Source: Octopus vulgaris
Taxonomy: Eukaryota
NCBI GenBank assembly: GCA_951406725.2
Contig: OX597819.1
Coordinates: forward strand, 61,690,001 to 61,754,000
Direction of reading: 5' to 3'
Length of the DNA: 64,000 bases
Shown here: positions 1-12,493 of the stretch, piece after piece
Numbering within the stretch: position 1 is the first letter of the stretch
Layout: the number at the start of each line of letters is the position of its first letter
Notes under the pieces: generated by a model
What the model was told of the DNA's origin: nothing
The model's database searches: none
The model's input: the letters and a program-made list of their open reading frames with translations, nothing else
Made by a program: the position numbers and the translations under genes

Positions 1-42
1 TGTGTGTGTGTGTGTCTATCTATCTATCTATCTATCTATAGA

Positions 43-111
43 GGGGTAAATTAGCTCAGATGGTAGGTCGCTCACTTAGCATGTGAGAAGGATCGATAGC
101 CGAATTCTTCA
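43..111 (+). pseudogene. tRNA-Ala(AGC) pseudogene
   Basis: GGGGTAAATTAGCTCAGATGGTAGGTCGCTCACTTAGCATGTGAGAAGGATCGATAGCCGAATTCTTCA aligns to eukaryotic tRNA-Ala-AGC (GGGGAATTAGCTCAAATGGTAGAGCGCTCGCTTAGCATGCGAGAGGTAGCGGGATCGATGCCCGCATTCTCCA). The anticodon arm is intact, but part of the variable loop/T-stem is deleted. A T-run follows. Confidence 0.8.
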
Positions 112-381
112 CTTATATTTTTTACTGGCATGGCCCAGCCTCAAGTCAGACACATATAAAAGAATATATATACACACACACACGTATACACACTCACACC
201 TATGTATGAATGTAATGTTTGTTTTTATGTTTCCCATATAAACAAACACAATAGAATTGTATTGAAGTATCAAGTTATACTGTTTAGTAGAGTGCATATT
301 AATTTTTACAAGGAAAGGTTGACACGTCATGAGAATGATTACAGCCAGTAAAAAACAGAACTTCGAAAATAAGTATACATA

Positions 382-790
382 CTGGCAGAGTCGTTAGCAC
401 ACCGGGCGAAATGCTTGCCGGTATTTCGTCTGCCGCTACGTTCTGAGTTCAAATTCCGCCGGGGTCGACTTTGCCTTTCATCATTTCGGGGTCGATAAAT
501 TAAGTACCAGTTACGCACTGGGGTCGATATAATCGACTTAATCCGTTTGTCTGTCCTTGTTTGTCCCTTCTATGTTTAGCCCCTTGTGGGTAGTAAAGAA
601 ATAAGTATTTCGTCTACAGTTACGTTCTGAGTTTAAATTCCGCCGAGGTCGACTTTGCCTTTCATCCTTTCGGGGTCGATAAAATAAGTACCAGTTACGC
701 ACTGGGGTCGATGTAATCGACTTAATCCTTTTGTCTGTCCTTGTTTGTACCTCTATGTTTAGCCCCTTGTGGGCAATAAAGAAATAAATA
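382..790 (+). mobile_element. SINE family A (tRNA-head, GCCTTTCATCCTTTCGGGGTCGATAAA central domain), tandem dimer
   Basis: Two head-to-tail units; A-box-like TGGCAGAGTCG and B-box GAGTTCAAATTCC; the same sequence recurs more than 15 times in the window. Confidence 0.9.
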
Positions 791-819
791 AGTATACATA
801 CGTACATACACATATACAT

Positions 820-1000
820 CTTTTACTCGTTTCATTCATTAGAATGTGGTCATGCTGGTGTACCGCCTTGAAAAGGTTTTTAGTCAAATGAATCGAAACC
901 TGTACATATTTTTTAAAGCCTGATCCTTATTTTGTCAATCTATTTTGCTGAACTGCTAAGTTACATTGATATAAACACACTAACACCGGTTGTCAAATGA
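820..1000 (-). mobile_element. SINE family B, 3' fragment
   Basis: Reverse complement of the family-B tail (AAGGCGGTGCTCCAGCATGGCCGCAGTC...GAAACAAGTAAAAG), diverged. Confidence 0.7.
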
Positions 1001-1681
1001 GTGTGCTTAAAACTATGATTTCGCATAATTTGTAAAGTCTATGATGATTTAAACATAAGGATACATTTTTATTAACCCAACACACCAGAATAATTTCATT
1101 GTACGTTTTTGCTAATCGATAACGTGTGTCTCAATTCCAGTATCCTTCCGCCTGTTAAGTACCAGCTCGGATAATGTGCCAAGTGCAGCAAACACCACGG
1201 GAACAATTGTCAACTTTGTATTCTACAATCTCTTTATCTTTTTGGCTGTAATTCGTATTTGGAAGCCACTGATCCTGAGCAGCGATAATATACCCCTTAG
1301 TTTCCGGCTAGAGACCAAAGCATACCAGCCTTTAATAGTTAAGGGTTTTATCGTCATCAGAGTACCTAGCTCTAACCGGGCCATGCAGTGGGTTTTACTC
1401 TTATTTTTCATTAGTGTATTAGAGGCCTGTTAGTTTGGGCTATATTTAAAAAAAAATTATTTTGCCTTGTCTGTTAGGGACACTATTTCTTCGGGTACTA
1501 TACTATTTCCAAGTCTAAACCACTCAGCGCATCAGTTGATATTACATTTCTCTAAGCTAAATGTGTGAAACCATTTTTGCATCGAAAATGTTTCATTTTA
1601 TGTTTTACTACCATACAATAATTTGGCTTAGGTAAAATTAAGGTTGATTGTACCTCTAATAAATTCAATGGTCATAATATT

Positions 1682-2321
1682 GATTTCAAATTTTGACAAT
1701 TTCGGGGGATGAGGTAAGTCGATAACATCGACCAAAGGGCTCAGCTGGCACTTATTTTATCGACCCCGGAAGGATAAAAGGCAAAGTCGACCACCGCAGA
1801 ATTTGAACTCTGAACGCTGAAGACATACTAAGTACCTCTAATCATGCTAACGATTCTGCAAACTTCCCGCCCTAAAAACGGTTATAATATTGGTTTCAAA
1901 TTTTGGCACAAGGCCAGCAATTTCAGAGGAGGGGCTTAGTCGATTACACCGACTCCAATATTTAACTGATACTTAATTTATCGACCCCGAAAAGATGAAA
2001 GGTAAAGACGACCATGGCGGAATTTGAACTCAGAACGCAAGGACGAACGAAATGTCACTAAGCATTTTGCCCGGCGTGCTAACAATTCTTATTTCTTTAT
2101 TGCCCACAAGGGGCTAAACATAGAGGGGACAAACAAGGACAGACAACGGGATTAAGTCGATTACATCGACCCCAGTGCGTAACTGGTACTTATTTAATCG
2201 ACCCCGAAATGATGAAAGGCAAAGTCGACCTCGGCGGAATTTGAACTCAGATTGTAACGGCTGACGAAATACGGCTACGCATTTCGCCCGGCGTGCTAAC
2301 GTATCTGCCAGCTCGCCACCC
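1682..2321 (-). mobile_element. SINE family A: older monomer (1682-1872) plus dimer (1892-2321)
   Basis: Reverse-complement family-A units, separated and flanked by three copies of AA(C/T)GGT(T/C)ATAATATT (1667, 1877, 2327). Confidence 0.9.
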
Positions 2322-2715
2322 TAACCAACGGTTATAATATTACCATCGAAGTATGATTATAATGCATTAAGGAACGACGATCGTAAGTGAATAAAAATAG
2401 TTGAAAGTATTTCATTGAGCGAAACACATACCATACAGTGTTGCAAATTATTTATCAGAACCTGAAGAGACACACGACAGGAAATGAATATTAGTTCTCT
2501 CCCAATCGTGTACGAATGCCTTTAGTTTCAAAAGACGATCTATTACCGTCTCTCTTAATAAAAGGAGTAAATATGCAGCATACAAAACTATCCATGTGAA
2601 AAATGGAGCACAATTACGCAATTATTTCAAGTAGAGAAACTAACTTACAAGTAATGAATAGTTATACATACATACATAATACATACATACATACATACAT
2701 ACAGACAGACAGACT

Positions 2716-2763
<48 letters not shown>

Positions 2764-2773
2764 TGCATTCATG

Positions 2774-3116
2774 CATTGAAGTGGTGTACAGATATTGTAT
2801 ATAGAGAAAAGGGAGGCAGTCAGAATTTTGGATAATTCTCTATTAACACTTTCGTTCGTTTTTCGACAAAATCAAAATTAAAATGGTAAAAACAGAACGT
2901 TTCGTTGTTCGTTTATATGAATCGGATGCTTTTTTGCTCTGTTTAGAAGAGGAGAATATTCTCTTTGTTTTTTGTTTTTTCTCTTTCTTTCTTTCTTTTT
3001 TTTTTTTTTTGGAAAAGGAGAGAGAGAGAGTTAGAAAAGCAAAGAGGGGAGAATAGACAAAGAGATTTCAAGACAATCATGAAAGAGGAGAAAAATAATA
3101 AAGGATGGTGAAAGGT

Positions 3117-3180
<64 letters not shown>

Positions 3181-3201
3181 CAGACAGATAGACAGATAGA
3201 C

Positions 3202-3267
<66 letters not shown>

Positions 3268-4392
3268 GGAGGTTTCTTTTCAATTTGATGCGGCCAATAC
3301 GTTGAAATTTCAATGCAAAGTATTTTTCTTCTTTCTATTGTATATCTATCAACATATTTGTAAATAAACACATGTTCTCACAGGGGCTGGTGACCTTTCA
3401 AAGATGTCAATTTTAGGAAGTAGGATGAAAAAAATTAGTAAGAGGGGAGGGTGCGGTCATCATTGAAATATAAAAAGAGTTCAAAGTTTAAAGTCCTATG
3501 AAAATGTATATTCCTTTACATTTGTATAGTCAGGTCCCATATTCAGTGTAATTTCATGTTTTGCATGAACAAACATTAAATAGTAGTACAATATTCATAA
3601 ATTAGGGAAATAAAGTCAGAATATAAAAAACTGATTTGGTACTGTTTACAATTCAATTCATTCTCAGTGTACATCTAATCACACATCATAAATGAGTTTT
3701 GTATGTATATTGTATATTTAGCTGGAAGCCACACTGTAGGATATAAATTATATAACAAAGTAAGGCCTGCTTAAATATATATGAATTTTTTTTTTTAGTA
3801 TCTTTCATCCTTCTGTAGGATTTTTTTTTTTTTTCTTGCTTGCTTGAATAAGATAATTCAAAAGAGATCTTTTTTCAAAAATTACTTTACCAAGTAGCTA
3901 CATTAGATATCTTTCCTAATCAGTGGTAAAATGGTTCTAGTATTCTTTCTCGGGTATATGTAAGTTCTATACAGACCAGAGTTGTCAAAATCCCAATGTA
4001 TCTCCACATTCTTTTACGGAGAATTCTGATTCGTTCTCTGGTGTGAATTTTGCTCTTGTGAGGTGCTTATTGAGATTTTTTGGCTGGTGTCTACTGTTTC
4101 GTAAGGGATTTTTAACACTCAGCTTTTTTTCATTTTGGGGCTTTATAGAAGCATAGGTAGGTTTGTAATGAAATTTCAATGAATTAACCACATCAAATTG
4201 AAAAGTAACCTCTGCCTGTCTGTCTCTACCTATCTCTCCGTCTCTCTCTCTCTCTGTCTATCTATTTATCTATCTATCTATCTCTCTCTCTATCTCTCTA
4301 TCTCTCTATCTATCTATCTGTCTGTCTCTAAGTTTATCTATCTCTCCTTTCCCCATCCTTTATTTTTCTCCTCTTTCTTGATTATCCTGAAA

Positions 4393-4439
<47 letters not shown>

Positions 4440-4677
4440 TCCCACCTCTTTACTCTTCTTTCTCTCTCTATCCTTTTTCCAAAAGACCAAAAACAACATT
4501 CCCCTCTTCTATACTAAGCAAAAAGCACCCGGTTCATATAAATGAACAATGAAACGTTCTGTTTTTACCATTTTGATTTTGTTTTGGTTTTGACAAGTTC
4601 AAAAAACAAACAAAAGCGCTAATAAAGAATTATCCAAACTTCTGACTGCCTCTTTTTCTCTGTACACCACTTCAGTG
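2774..4677. mobile_element. Foldback-type non-autonomous DNA transposon with ~520-bp inverted arms
   Basis: 2774-~3320 is a diverged inverted copy of ~4165-4677 (e.g. GAAGTGGTGTACAGA/TCTGTACACCACTTC; AATGGTAAAAACAGAACGTTTC/GAAACGTTCTGTTTTTACCATT; TTTTCAATTTGATG/CATCAAATTGAAAA). Termini are CA(T/C)TG..CAGTG, with TG on both outer sides. Confidence 0.75.
3960..4130 (-). mobile_element. Penelope-like element ORF fragment (RT to GIY-YIG linker)
   Basis: Peptide SRHQPKNLNKHLTRAKF...VKECG resembles the R-x-P-x-N-L-x-x-x-L-x-R-A-K motif and Cys-linker found before the GIY-YIG domain of PLEs. Confidence 0.55.
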
Positions 4678-4751
4678 TGTATATGTGTGTGTATGTATGT
4701 TTGTATATGTATACACACGCACACACATCTATCTATCTATCTATATCTATA

Positions 4752-4836
<85 letters not shown>

Positions 4837-4839
4837 GTA

Positions 4840-5165
4840 TAGTAGCTGTGTGGTAAGTAGCTTGTTTACCAACCACATGCTTCCGGGTTCAGTCCCACTG
4901 TGTGGCTCCTGGGGTAAATGTCTTCTGTTATAGCCTCGGGCCGACCAAAGCCTTATGAGTAGATTTGGTAAACGGAAATTGAAAGGAGCCCGTCGTCTGT
5001 GTTTGTCCCCCACCATCACTTGACAACCGATGTTGGTGTATTTATGTTAGAATAAGCACTAGGCTACAAAAAATAAGTCCTGGATAGATTTGTTCGACTA
5101 AAGGCGGTGCTCCAGCATGGCCGCAGTCAAATGACTGAAACAAATAAAATAATATAAAAATAAAA
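4840..5165 (+). mobile_element. SINE family B (CORE-like, tRNA head)
   Basis: Head GCTGTGTGGTAAGTAGCTTG...CCGGGTTCAGTCCCACTG; shares body and tail with the full copy at 37372. Confidence 0.85.
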
Positions 5166-5769
5166 GAATATATATATTTATATATATGTGTGTATATATG
5201 TGATAACGATCCCTATTGATCGATTTTTTCTTTTTCCTTTTATTTTTATCCCCACCCCCCTTTTCTTTTGGTTTTCCTCTTTCTTTCCTTTTACGATCCC
5301 TGTTGATCGAAAACCAAACCCCCCTTTTTTTATCCCCAAAAAGAAAAGCTCTACCTTGTAATTTGTCCCGTCTGTGTGTAGCTCTGTGTGGCTATATATA
5401 TATATATATATTATGGAATGTTGGTAGAATGCTTCAATAATGATATTAACAAAAATGTTCAAATACATGTCTTATACTGAATATTGTTCTCGATTACAGA
5501 CAGCTATCTATAGAGACGGTTACAGAAATTGGTTAAAGAGCTGACATAGATATATTAAAAGGAAACGTGAAAGGAAATATCTACACACAATTAATAATAA
5601 CGATGTACTTTTACACTAAGGTTATATGCTTCCAACTGCACCTATCGTCATTGGAAGCATTTGATTATATAACGAATAAAAAAACGATCTATCCAAATAT
5701 CAAAGCTACGATTTATACTTCAGGTGTTATGACTGCAATTTATCTCGTGAAACATGCTTGTGTAGAATC

Positions 5770-6300
5770 TTCTTTCTTCTTCTTACAGCATTCACCCGGG
5801 GTGGGTTGAGCTGGCTTCACTCATCCTCAATGCTGCATCTCTCACAAACGCCGACCAGGCCTGGCGATTTAAGGCTTACGACCGCGTGATCTCCAACCAC
5901 TCCTTATTCCAGCGGCGAACGCCGTAGACATGGGGGGCCTAGGTTGGGTTCCAGATCAGCCTTGACTGTCATCAGCCAGGTTTTTCGTTGTCCATCACAT
6001 CGCTTTCGCCAACCCTGAAGGGGAGCTGGGCAATTGCTTCGTAGATGAATTCTCCTGGTTGACGACGGAGGGCATGACCCAGCCAACGCAGATGTCATGT
6101 TAGGATGACTTGTCGGAGGGAGGTGATTCTGCACTGGTGTCGCATCGAATTGTTGGAGACAAAGTGATGCCATCGGACACGAATGATGCGGCGTAGACAG
6201 AGGTGATCGAAGGATTCTAGTCGCTTAATATCTTCCACCCTCATTGGCCATGACTCGCTGCCGTAAAGGAGAATCGTTCGCACTAGAGCTTGGTAGTCCT
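5770..6300 (-). mobile_element. RTE-clade LINE 3' fragment
   Basis: Frameshifted peptide YQALVRTILLYGSESW...LESFDHLCLRRII...LRWLGHAL...GQRKTWL, the typical C-terminus of RTE ORFs; (AAG)n tail near 5770. Confidence 0.85.
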
Positions 6301-6595
6301 TCAAATATTCCTCATGTATATCTTGTGTAGAATAGGATAGATTTGTCGTCAAACCATCATGTCCGAGATATAAAGTCTTTCGTGATGCAGCCACAACTCA
6401 AATTATTGCGGCATCGTTTCGCACAATACTTTAAAAATTTTGATAGCAATTTTTTTTCTCTTGCACATAGGTTCTTTTATTGTTTTACAAAATTTGACTA
6501 CTTGATGAATAGTGGTTATTGGCAGGAAATTTCATCAGCCTCGGCTTAATTTGAACACCAATTCTAATCTCTAGGTTTATTCTCCACCGTCTATC

Positions 6596-6600
6596 CAGTA

Positions 6601-6698
<98 letters not shown>

Positions 6699-6752
6699 CG
6701 GTGCGGAGATGATAGTAGTAATGGTGGTGGTGGTGGCGGTAGTGTCGGCGGC

Positions 6753-6784
<32 letters not shown>

Positions 6785-7102
6785 CGGTGCGGAGATGATG
6801 GTAGTAATGGTGGTGGTGGTTGTTGTTGTTAAGCAACAAGACGGATAAGGGTGATTAGATGATGGTCTAGGGCCTATGGGCGGGAGACCCCAAACCTTAG
6901 AAAAAAAAAACTTTGGTCGTCTTGTTGTAGTCGAGGGCTCTTCGTTGACGCCCGACATCACTGGGAGGTGGCTCTCGAAGTCGCTGGAAATGGAGATCTC
7001 CAGGTCCAAATTCTTGAACGGCTGGTAGTGGTGGCGGCGGTAGCGGGGGTGGTAGCGGGGGTGGTAGCGGGGGTGATAGCGGGGGTGGTAGCGGGGGCGG
7101 TT

Positions 7103-7136
<34 letters not shown>

Positions 7137-7200
7137 CAGCACCACCACCACCACCACCACCAGCAGCACCAGCAGTAGTAGTAGTAGTAGTAGTAGTAGA
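6596..7200. repeat. Compound (TAG)n/(GGT)n microsatellites with a 12-bp G-rich minisatellite
   Basis: (GTA)n 6605-6697; duplicated GTAGCGGTGCGGAGATGAT unit; (GGTAGCGGGGGT)x5 at 7039-7098. Confidence 0.9.
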
Positions 7201-7811
7201 AATTTTCTTTTTTTTAACTTGACACAAATTCACATCAGTTTGAAGACGGACGACTCGAGCACATTATATCAAAAAGAAATATCAAATATATTACAAAGTG
7301 CCTCTTTAATCGCGCTGGCTAAATTTGAATTTGGAATTGCAAGGCACCCGACCAAAACCTGAAATATATCTAGGCCAGCTCTTGCTTTCTATAATAAATC
7401 AAGTTCAATAGAGTGAGAGACAATATGGGAAAAACGCAACAATACTCATAAAAATTTCGTCTTCCGATATAACCGGTTCTTCTTTGACTGAATTATATCA
7501 GAGACATTATCACGATGTTAGCGACTGTCTGATGTTTTAATTAAAGAATGCCGAAGTAAACAGTAGCTTGTTTAAACACAGAGTTATTTTATTATATTTT
7601 ATTTATTACTCTGGTTTAGAGAAAGGAGCCGTGTCCATGACCTATGTAGGCTCCCTGAAACAGATGAGTTTCGTACCGTTTACGATCCGCTTAACCCTTT
7701 GCCTGGCCGGTGTATCACATATACACAGGATATATTCGCTCGTCACTCATGCAACATGTATAGAATTGCTGGACAAAATTAGAAAGGATTATTATTTTTA
7801 TTATTATTATC

Positions 7812-7865
<54 letters not shown>

Positions 7866-7896
7866 ATTATTGTTGTTGTTGATGTTGTTGTTGTTG

Positions 7897-8815
7897 CCTT
7901 TGCACAGCTTCTAACGCTGGAGATGTACTACGGTGACAGCTGTTCACTACCAGTGAACTAAGGTAACACCTCTTATTTTTCGACCACCTTCCGGAGTATT
8001 CGAGCGGTTCCAAGCAGTGCTGTTTGCTGCAAGTGCTCCACTCTTATTGCAGCCCCTATTTGTTCCATGTACTTCCCAAGATTTTTACTTACTGTTCCCA
8101 GGGCTCCGACAATTACTGGTACTACTGCTACCTTTTTCATCGACCACAACTGCATAACTTCCCAAGCTAACCTGTCACATCTATCGACTTTTCTTTCTTC
8201 CTTATCGCATACCTTGTTGTCAGCCGGGTATACTATATCTATGGTCCAGCATAGTTTGTTTTCTTTCTCAATTAAGACTATGTCTGTCTTCCTATTCTCA
8301 ATCTCATGGTCGCACTGAATCATAAAATCCCATAGGATCTTTGCATTATTATTTATGATTAGGCCTTCGGGTTTGTGGTCGTACCAATTTTTTTCTCTGT
8401 TAAGTCCATACTTGTTGCAAAGTGTCCAATGGACAAGCCTGGCTATATTGTCTTGGTGTCTCATATTCCTTCTGGGCTAGTGGCGTACATTGGCTGGTAA
8501 CATGCCATACGGTTTCACCATTTTGTCCACAGATTCTGCACTTATCACATTCTGATGTGTTGTCTACTCTCTATTTTATGTAGTTTGTTCTTAGCGCTTA
8601 CTCTTGGGCAGCACAGATTAGAGTCTCCGTTTCCGGTTTTAAATCACTTTTAGCCATCTACAGTCATCTTCTTTCTCTGTCTGCCTTATCTTCAACATCC
8701 CTATGAAATTGTCCATGCATTCTTTTCTTTACCCATCTATTTTTCAGTTTCAATCGTTTTCAATTGCTTGTACAGTACTTTATCTTTGCAATCTTTCATC
8801 CTACGCAAGCCTGAC
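7897..8815 (-). mobile_element. R4/Dong-like non-LTR retrotransposon, 5'-truncated (CCHC finger + restriction-like endonuclease)
   Basis: Peptide CRICGQNGETVWHVTSQC...RH(D)NIARLVHW...KILWDFMIQCDHEIENRKxDIVLIEK...IDI...VVPVIVGALG...ALLGTARILRK; flanked by (TAA)n/(TTG)n arrays on both sides. Confidence 0.9.
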
Positions 8816-8942
8816 CTTCTTACTTATCATTATTATTATTATTGTTATTATTATTATCATCATTATCATCATCATCATCATCCTCACCACCACCACCACC
8901 AACACCAACACCCCCATCATCATCATCATCATCATCATCATT

Positions 8943-9025
<83 letters not shown>

Positions 9026-9233
9026 GTGTGGGCATATGACCTTGTGGTTAGGACGTTGTACTCACGATCTAGCGATCGTGTTTTCACCGTGCAACTGTTC
9101 GAGCAACGTTCTTTCCGTGGAGAAAGTGAGATAATGTGCAGCACGATCATTTGATCAATATAAACAAATCTTTTGTGCAGGTCTTTCAGCAAAAGCTGAA
9201 CTTCATACGTTGTCTTCGACGGGAGTGTCCGTA
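9026..9233 (+). mobile_element. Degraded SINE-like fragment
   Basis: tRNA-like head (TGACCTTGTGGTTAGG...CACGATC); the body CATTTGATCA..TAAACAAATC..TTGT recurs at 26660-26695. Confidence 0.5.
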
Positions 9234-9272
9234 ATTATTATTACTATGATTATTATTATTATTATTATTATT

Positions 9273-9813
9273 GAGTGAGAGAGAGCAGTGCATGTCATCA
9301 AAGTGACACTGGGGTAAAATATACGAAACCCAGTATACCCATCATGACTACCCGTATGATAAGGGTACACCAGGCACATGCATCACAACCAAATGTGCGC
9401 GACATGGTGATCTCATATCAAGATAAACAGCGCATGACCTTGCAGGTGGGGCCCAGTTAGAATTTTCTTCTGGTCGAGTAGCCCATCCCGCTCAAAAGGT
9501 CCATGAATAAGGATTGTTTAAGGATGTTGAACGAAACACCCATGTTTCCAAAGGTGAATTTTCCAAACCTCTGAGAATTCCTCTCAACACACGGCTATGA
9601 TGCTTCACCACTTCTTCTGCTCATGATCAGCCACTAAAGGACATGGTCAACTGGTTAATGTCAAACAACTGACAATCAAATCTGTGGTATTGAGCAGAAT
9701 ATTTGCTGTAGCCCATCTTTTATACCAAGACAAAACAATGTACATGATAACACTTCCAACCAATTAAGATCAGCAGCCATGAGAGCCAATGTCTGGTACT
9801 GCATCAGGGCATT
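9273..9813 (-). mobile_element. Non-autonomous ~540-bp interspersed element embedded in (TAA)n
   Basis: Highly similar opposite-orientation copy at 52193-53052; both copies are bounded by (ATT/AAT)n arrays; no coding capacity. Confidence 0.85.
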
Positions 9814-9825
9814 TATTATTATTAC

Positions 9826-9903
<78 letters not shown>

Positions 9904-9905
9904 CA

Positions 9906-10003
<98 letters not shown>

Positions 10004-10300
10004 GGAGACGAGATTTGCAAGACTCCATTAGAAACTGTTTTCAAAGTTTTGGTTCATAGAATCAGTGTAGAGTTGGAGAGAGGATGTATATTCTTTGTAT
10101 ATAAATTAGATTGGGTGTGAGAAGGATAGGGAAAGTCTAGGAGCAGTATCTTCTGCGTGGGAGTGGGCGTTGTTGGAGGTGATGGCAAGTGGATCGTTAA
10201 TGTATAGAGAGAAGAGTGTGGGTTGGGACAACAACGAACCCTGGGGTACAGCAGAGTTGACAGAGTGTGAGATAGATAGATAGATAAATAGATAGATAGA

Positions 10301-10350
<50 letters not shown>

Positions 10351-10621
10351 ACGAGCTCCATTAACACATGGTGTGATAGTATGATCTGGTAGGTGCCACC
10401 AATTCAAGAAACAGATGGAACCCATAGGAGATCAGCTTTGACATTAAATTCGCGTACAAGACAGACGAAACTTTTACCAATGTTTTCGGCAAAAGCATTG
10501 CTTTCACCAAACGTCTTGAGGACCAGAGCTCGCTGATGATTAACATGGGAGAATAGGTCACTAATAAATTGTTGTTGTGGTGGTCGTTAAGACGGAAAGG
10601 CGAGCGAGTGACAGAGAGAAC

Positions 10622-10653
<32 letters not shown>

Positions 10654-10751
10654 GAGACAGAGTTAGAGACAGGCAGAGACTCATAATGCTAGCTAACGCC
10701 ACAGCTATGAGGGTGATAGGATGGTTGTTGGCAGAGTAGGGCTACTTCAAA

Positions 10752-11378
10752 GGTGACGAGCTGGCAGAAACGTTAGCACGCCGGGTGAAATGCTCAGCGG
10801 TATGTCGTCTGCCGTTACGTTCTGAGTTCAAATTCCGCCGTGGTCGACTTTGCCTTTCATCCTTTCGGGGTCGATAAATTAAGTACCAGTTACGCACTGG
10901 GGTCGATGTAATCGACTTAATCCCTTTATCTGTCCTTGTTTGTCCCCTCTGTGTTTAGCCCTTTGTGGGCAATAAAGAAATAAGAAACGTTAGCACACCG
11001 GACAAAATGCTTATCCTTCTGAGTTCAAATTCCGCCGAAGTCGACTTTGCCTTTCATCCTTTCGGGGTCGATAAATTAAGTACCAGTTACGCACTGGGGT
11101 CGATGTAATCGACTTAATCCCTTTATCTGTCCTTGTTTGTCCCCTCTGTGTTTAGCCCTTTGTGGGCAATAAAGAAATAAGAAACGTTAGCACGCCGGAC
11201 AAAATGCTTATCCTTCTGAGTTCAAATTCCGCCGAAGTCGACTTTGCCTTTCATCCTTTCGGGGTCGATAAATTAAGTACCAGTTACGCACTGAGTTCGA
11301 TGTAATCGACTTAATCCCTTTGTCTGTCCTTGTTTGTCTTCTCTATGTTTAGCCTCTTGTGGGCAATAAAAAAATAAA
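10752..11378 (+). mobile_element. SINE family A trimer
   Basis: Three near-identical head-to-tail units; flanked by a diverged 13-bp direct repeat AGTAGGGCTACTT (10735) / AGTAGAGCCACTT (11379). Confidence 0.92.
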
Positions 11379-11705
11379 AGTAGAGCCACTTTAGGGCAGG
11401 GATGCACTGGACACAGGGCCGGATTAAGACCCATCGAGGCCCTAAGCTCTTAAAAGATTTTGGTGCCCCCATAAAAGATTATGTAATTCAAAATATAAAC
11501 AATAACAAACCATAAAGTAAAATTTTTATTTTTCAAAACGAAACAAAACAGTAAGAGGGGGAAAATAATGTGTATTTATGTATACTTTCACTTTATTTAT
11601 ATTTGAAAAGTTTCCTCCTGCTCTTTTGAATTTTGAAAAATTATAACATATAATGATGAGACATATGTTATTTGTCTCTAAATTATATGTTAGTTGTTAA
11701 GGCAC

Positions 11706-11774
11706 GGTTACTGATGAGGATTCGCCTAGCAAATTATTTTATTTGCTAAAGAAATCTGAAACCCCGGTATAACC
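11706..11774 (+). ncRNA. Type I hammerhead ribozyme motif
   Basis: Stem I GGTTA/TAACC; core CTGATGA; long stem II GGATT..TAGCAAAT-loop-ATTTGCTA..AATCT; core GAAA; minimal stem III ACC/GGT; cleavage triplet GUA (after 11769). Confidence 0.8.
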
Positions 11775-11942
11775 ACAAAAAACAAGGTAGTTTTTTTATT
11801 TTTCATTCCCTTCGAAAATTGCTCTTAAATGTGGTTTTGGTCGTATTGACTGCTTCTTCTAGCGTGTAAGAATTACCTGTTAAAGGTAGTTTTCTCTTGT
11901 GTTTAAATGTACGTACACACACACACACATACATACACGCAT

Positions 11943-11994
<52 letters not shown>

Positions 11995-12043
11995 GGAGGG
12001 GTGCGTCTCTGTGCGCATGCGCAACAGAGTATGCAGTATTTGC

Positions 12044-12084
<41 letters not shown>

Positions 12085-12091
12085 CATGTTA

Positions 12092-12493
12092 AGGGCGACG
12101 AGCTGGCAGAAACGTTAACACGCCGGGCGAAATGCTTAGCGGTATTTCGTCTGCCGCTACGTTCTGAGTTCAAATCCCACCGAGGTCCACTTTGCCTTTC
12201 GATTAAATAAGTACCAGTTACGCAATGGGGTCGATATAATCGACTTAATCCGTTTGTCTGTCCTTGTTTGTCCACTCTATGTTTAGCCCCTTGTGGGTAG
12301 TAAAGAAATGGGAATTTCGTTTGCCGTTACGTTCTGAGTTCAAAATCCGCCGAGGTTGACTTTGCCTTTCATCCTTTCGGGTTCGATTAAATAAGTACCA
12401 GTTACGTATTGGGGCCGTTGCAATCGACTTAATCCCTTTGTCATCCTTGTTTGTTCCCTCTATGTTTAGCCCCCTGTGGGCAATAAAGGATAA
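12092..12493 (+). mobile_element. SINE family A dimer
   Basis: Starts GGGCGACGAGCTGGCAGAAACG; two units; first unit has an internal deletion. Confidence 0.9.

Noticed and set aside
2455-2510. CTGAAGA...GAAA hammerhead-like core
   Set aside because: No stem II or stem III pairing; probably chance.
8703-10120. Poly-I/H/L/D/M ORFs (also 18830-19805 and 53648-54039)
   Set aside because: Microsatellite artefacts.
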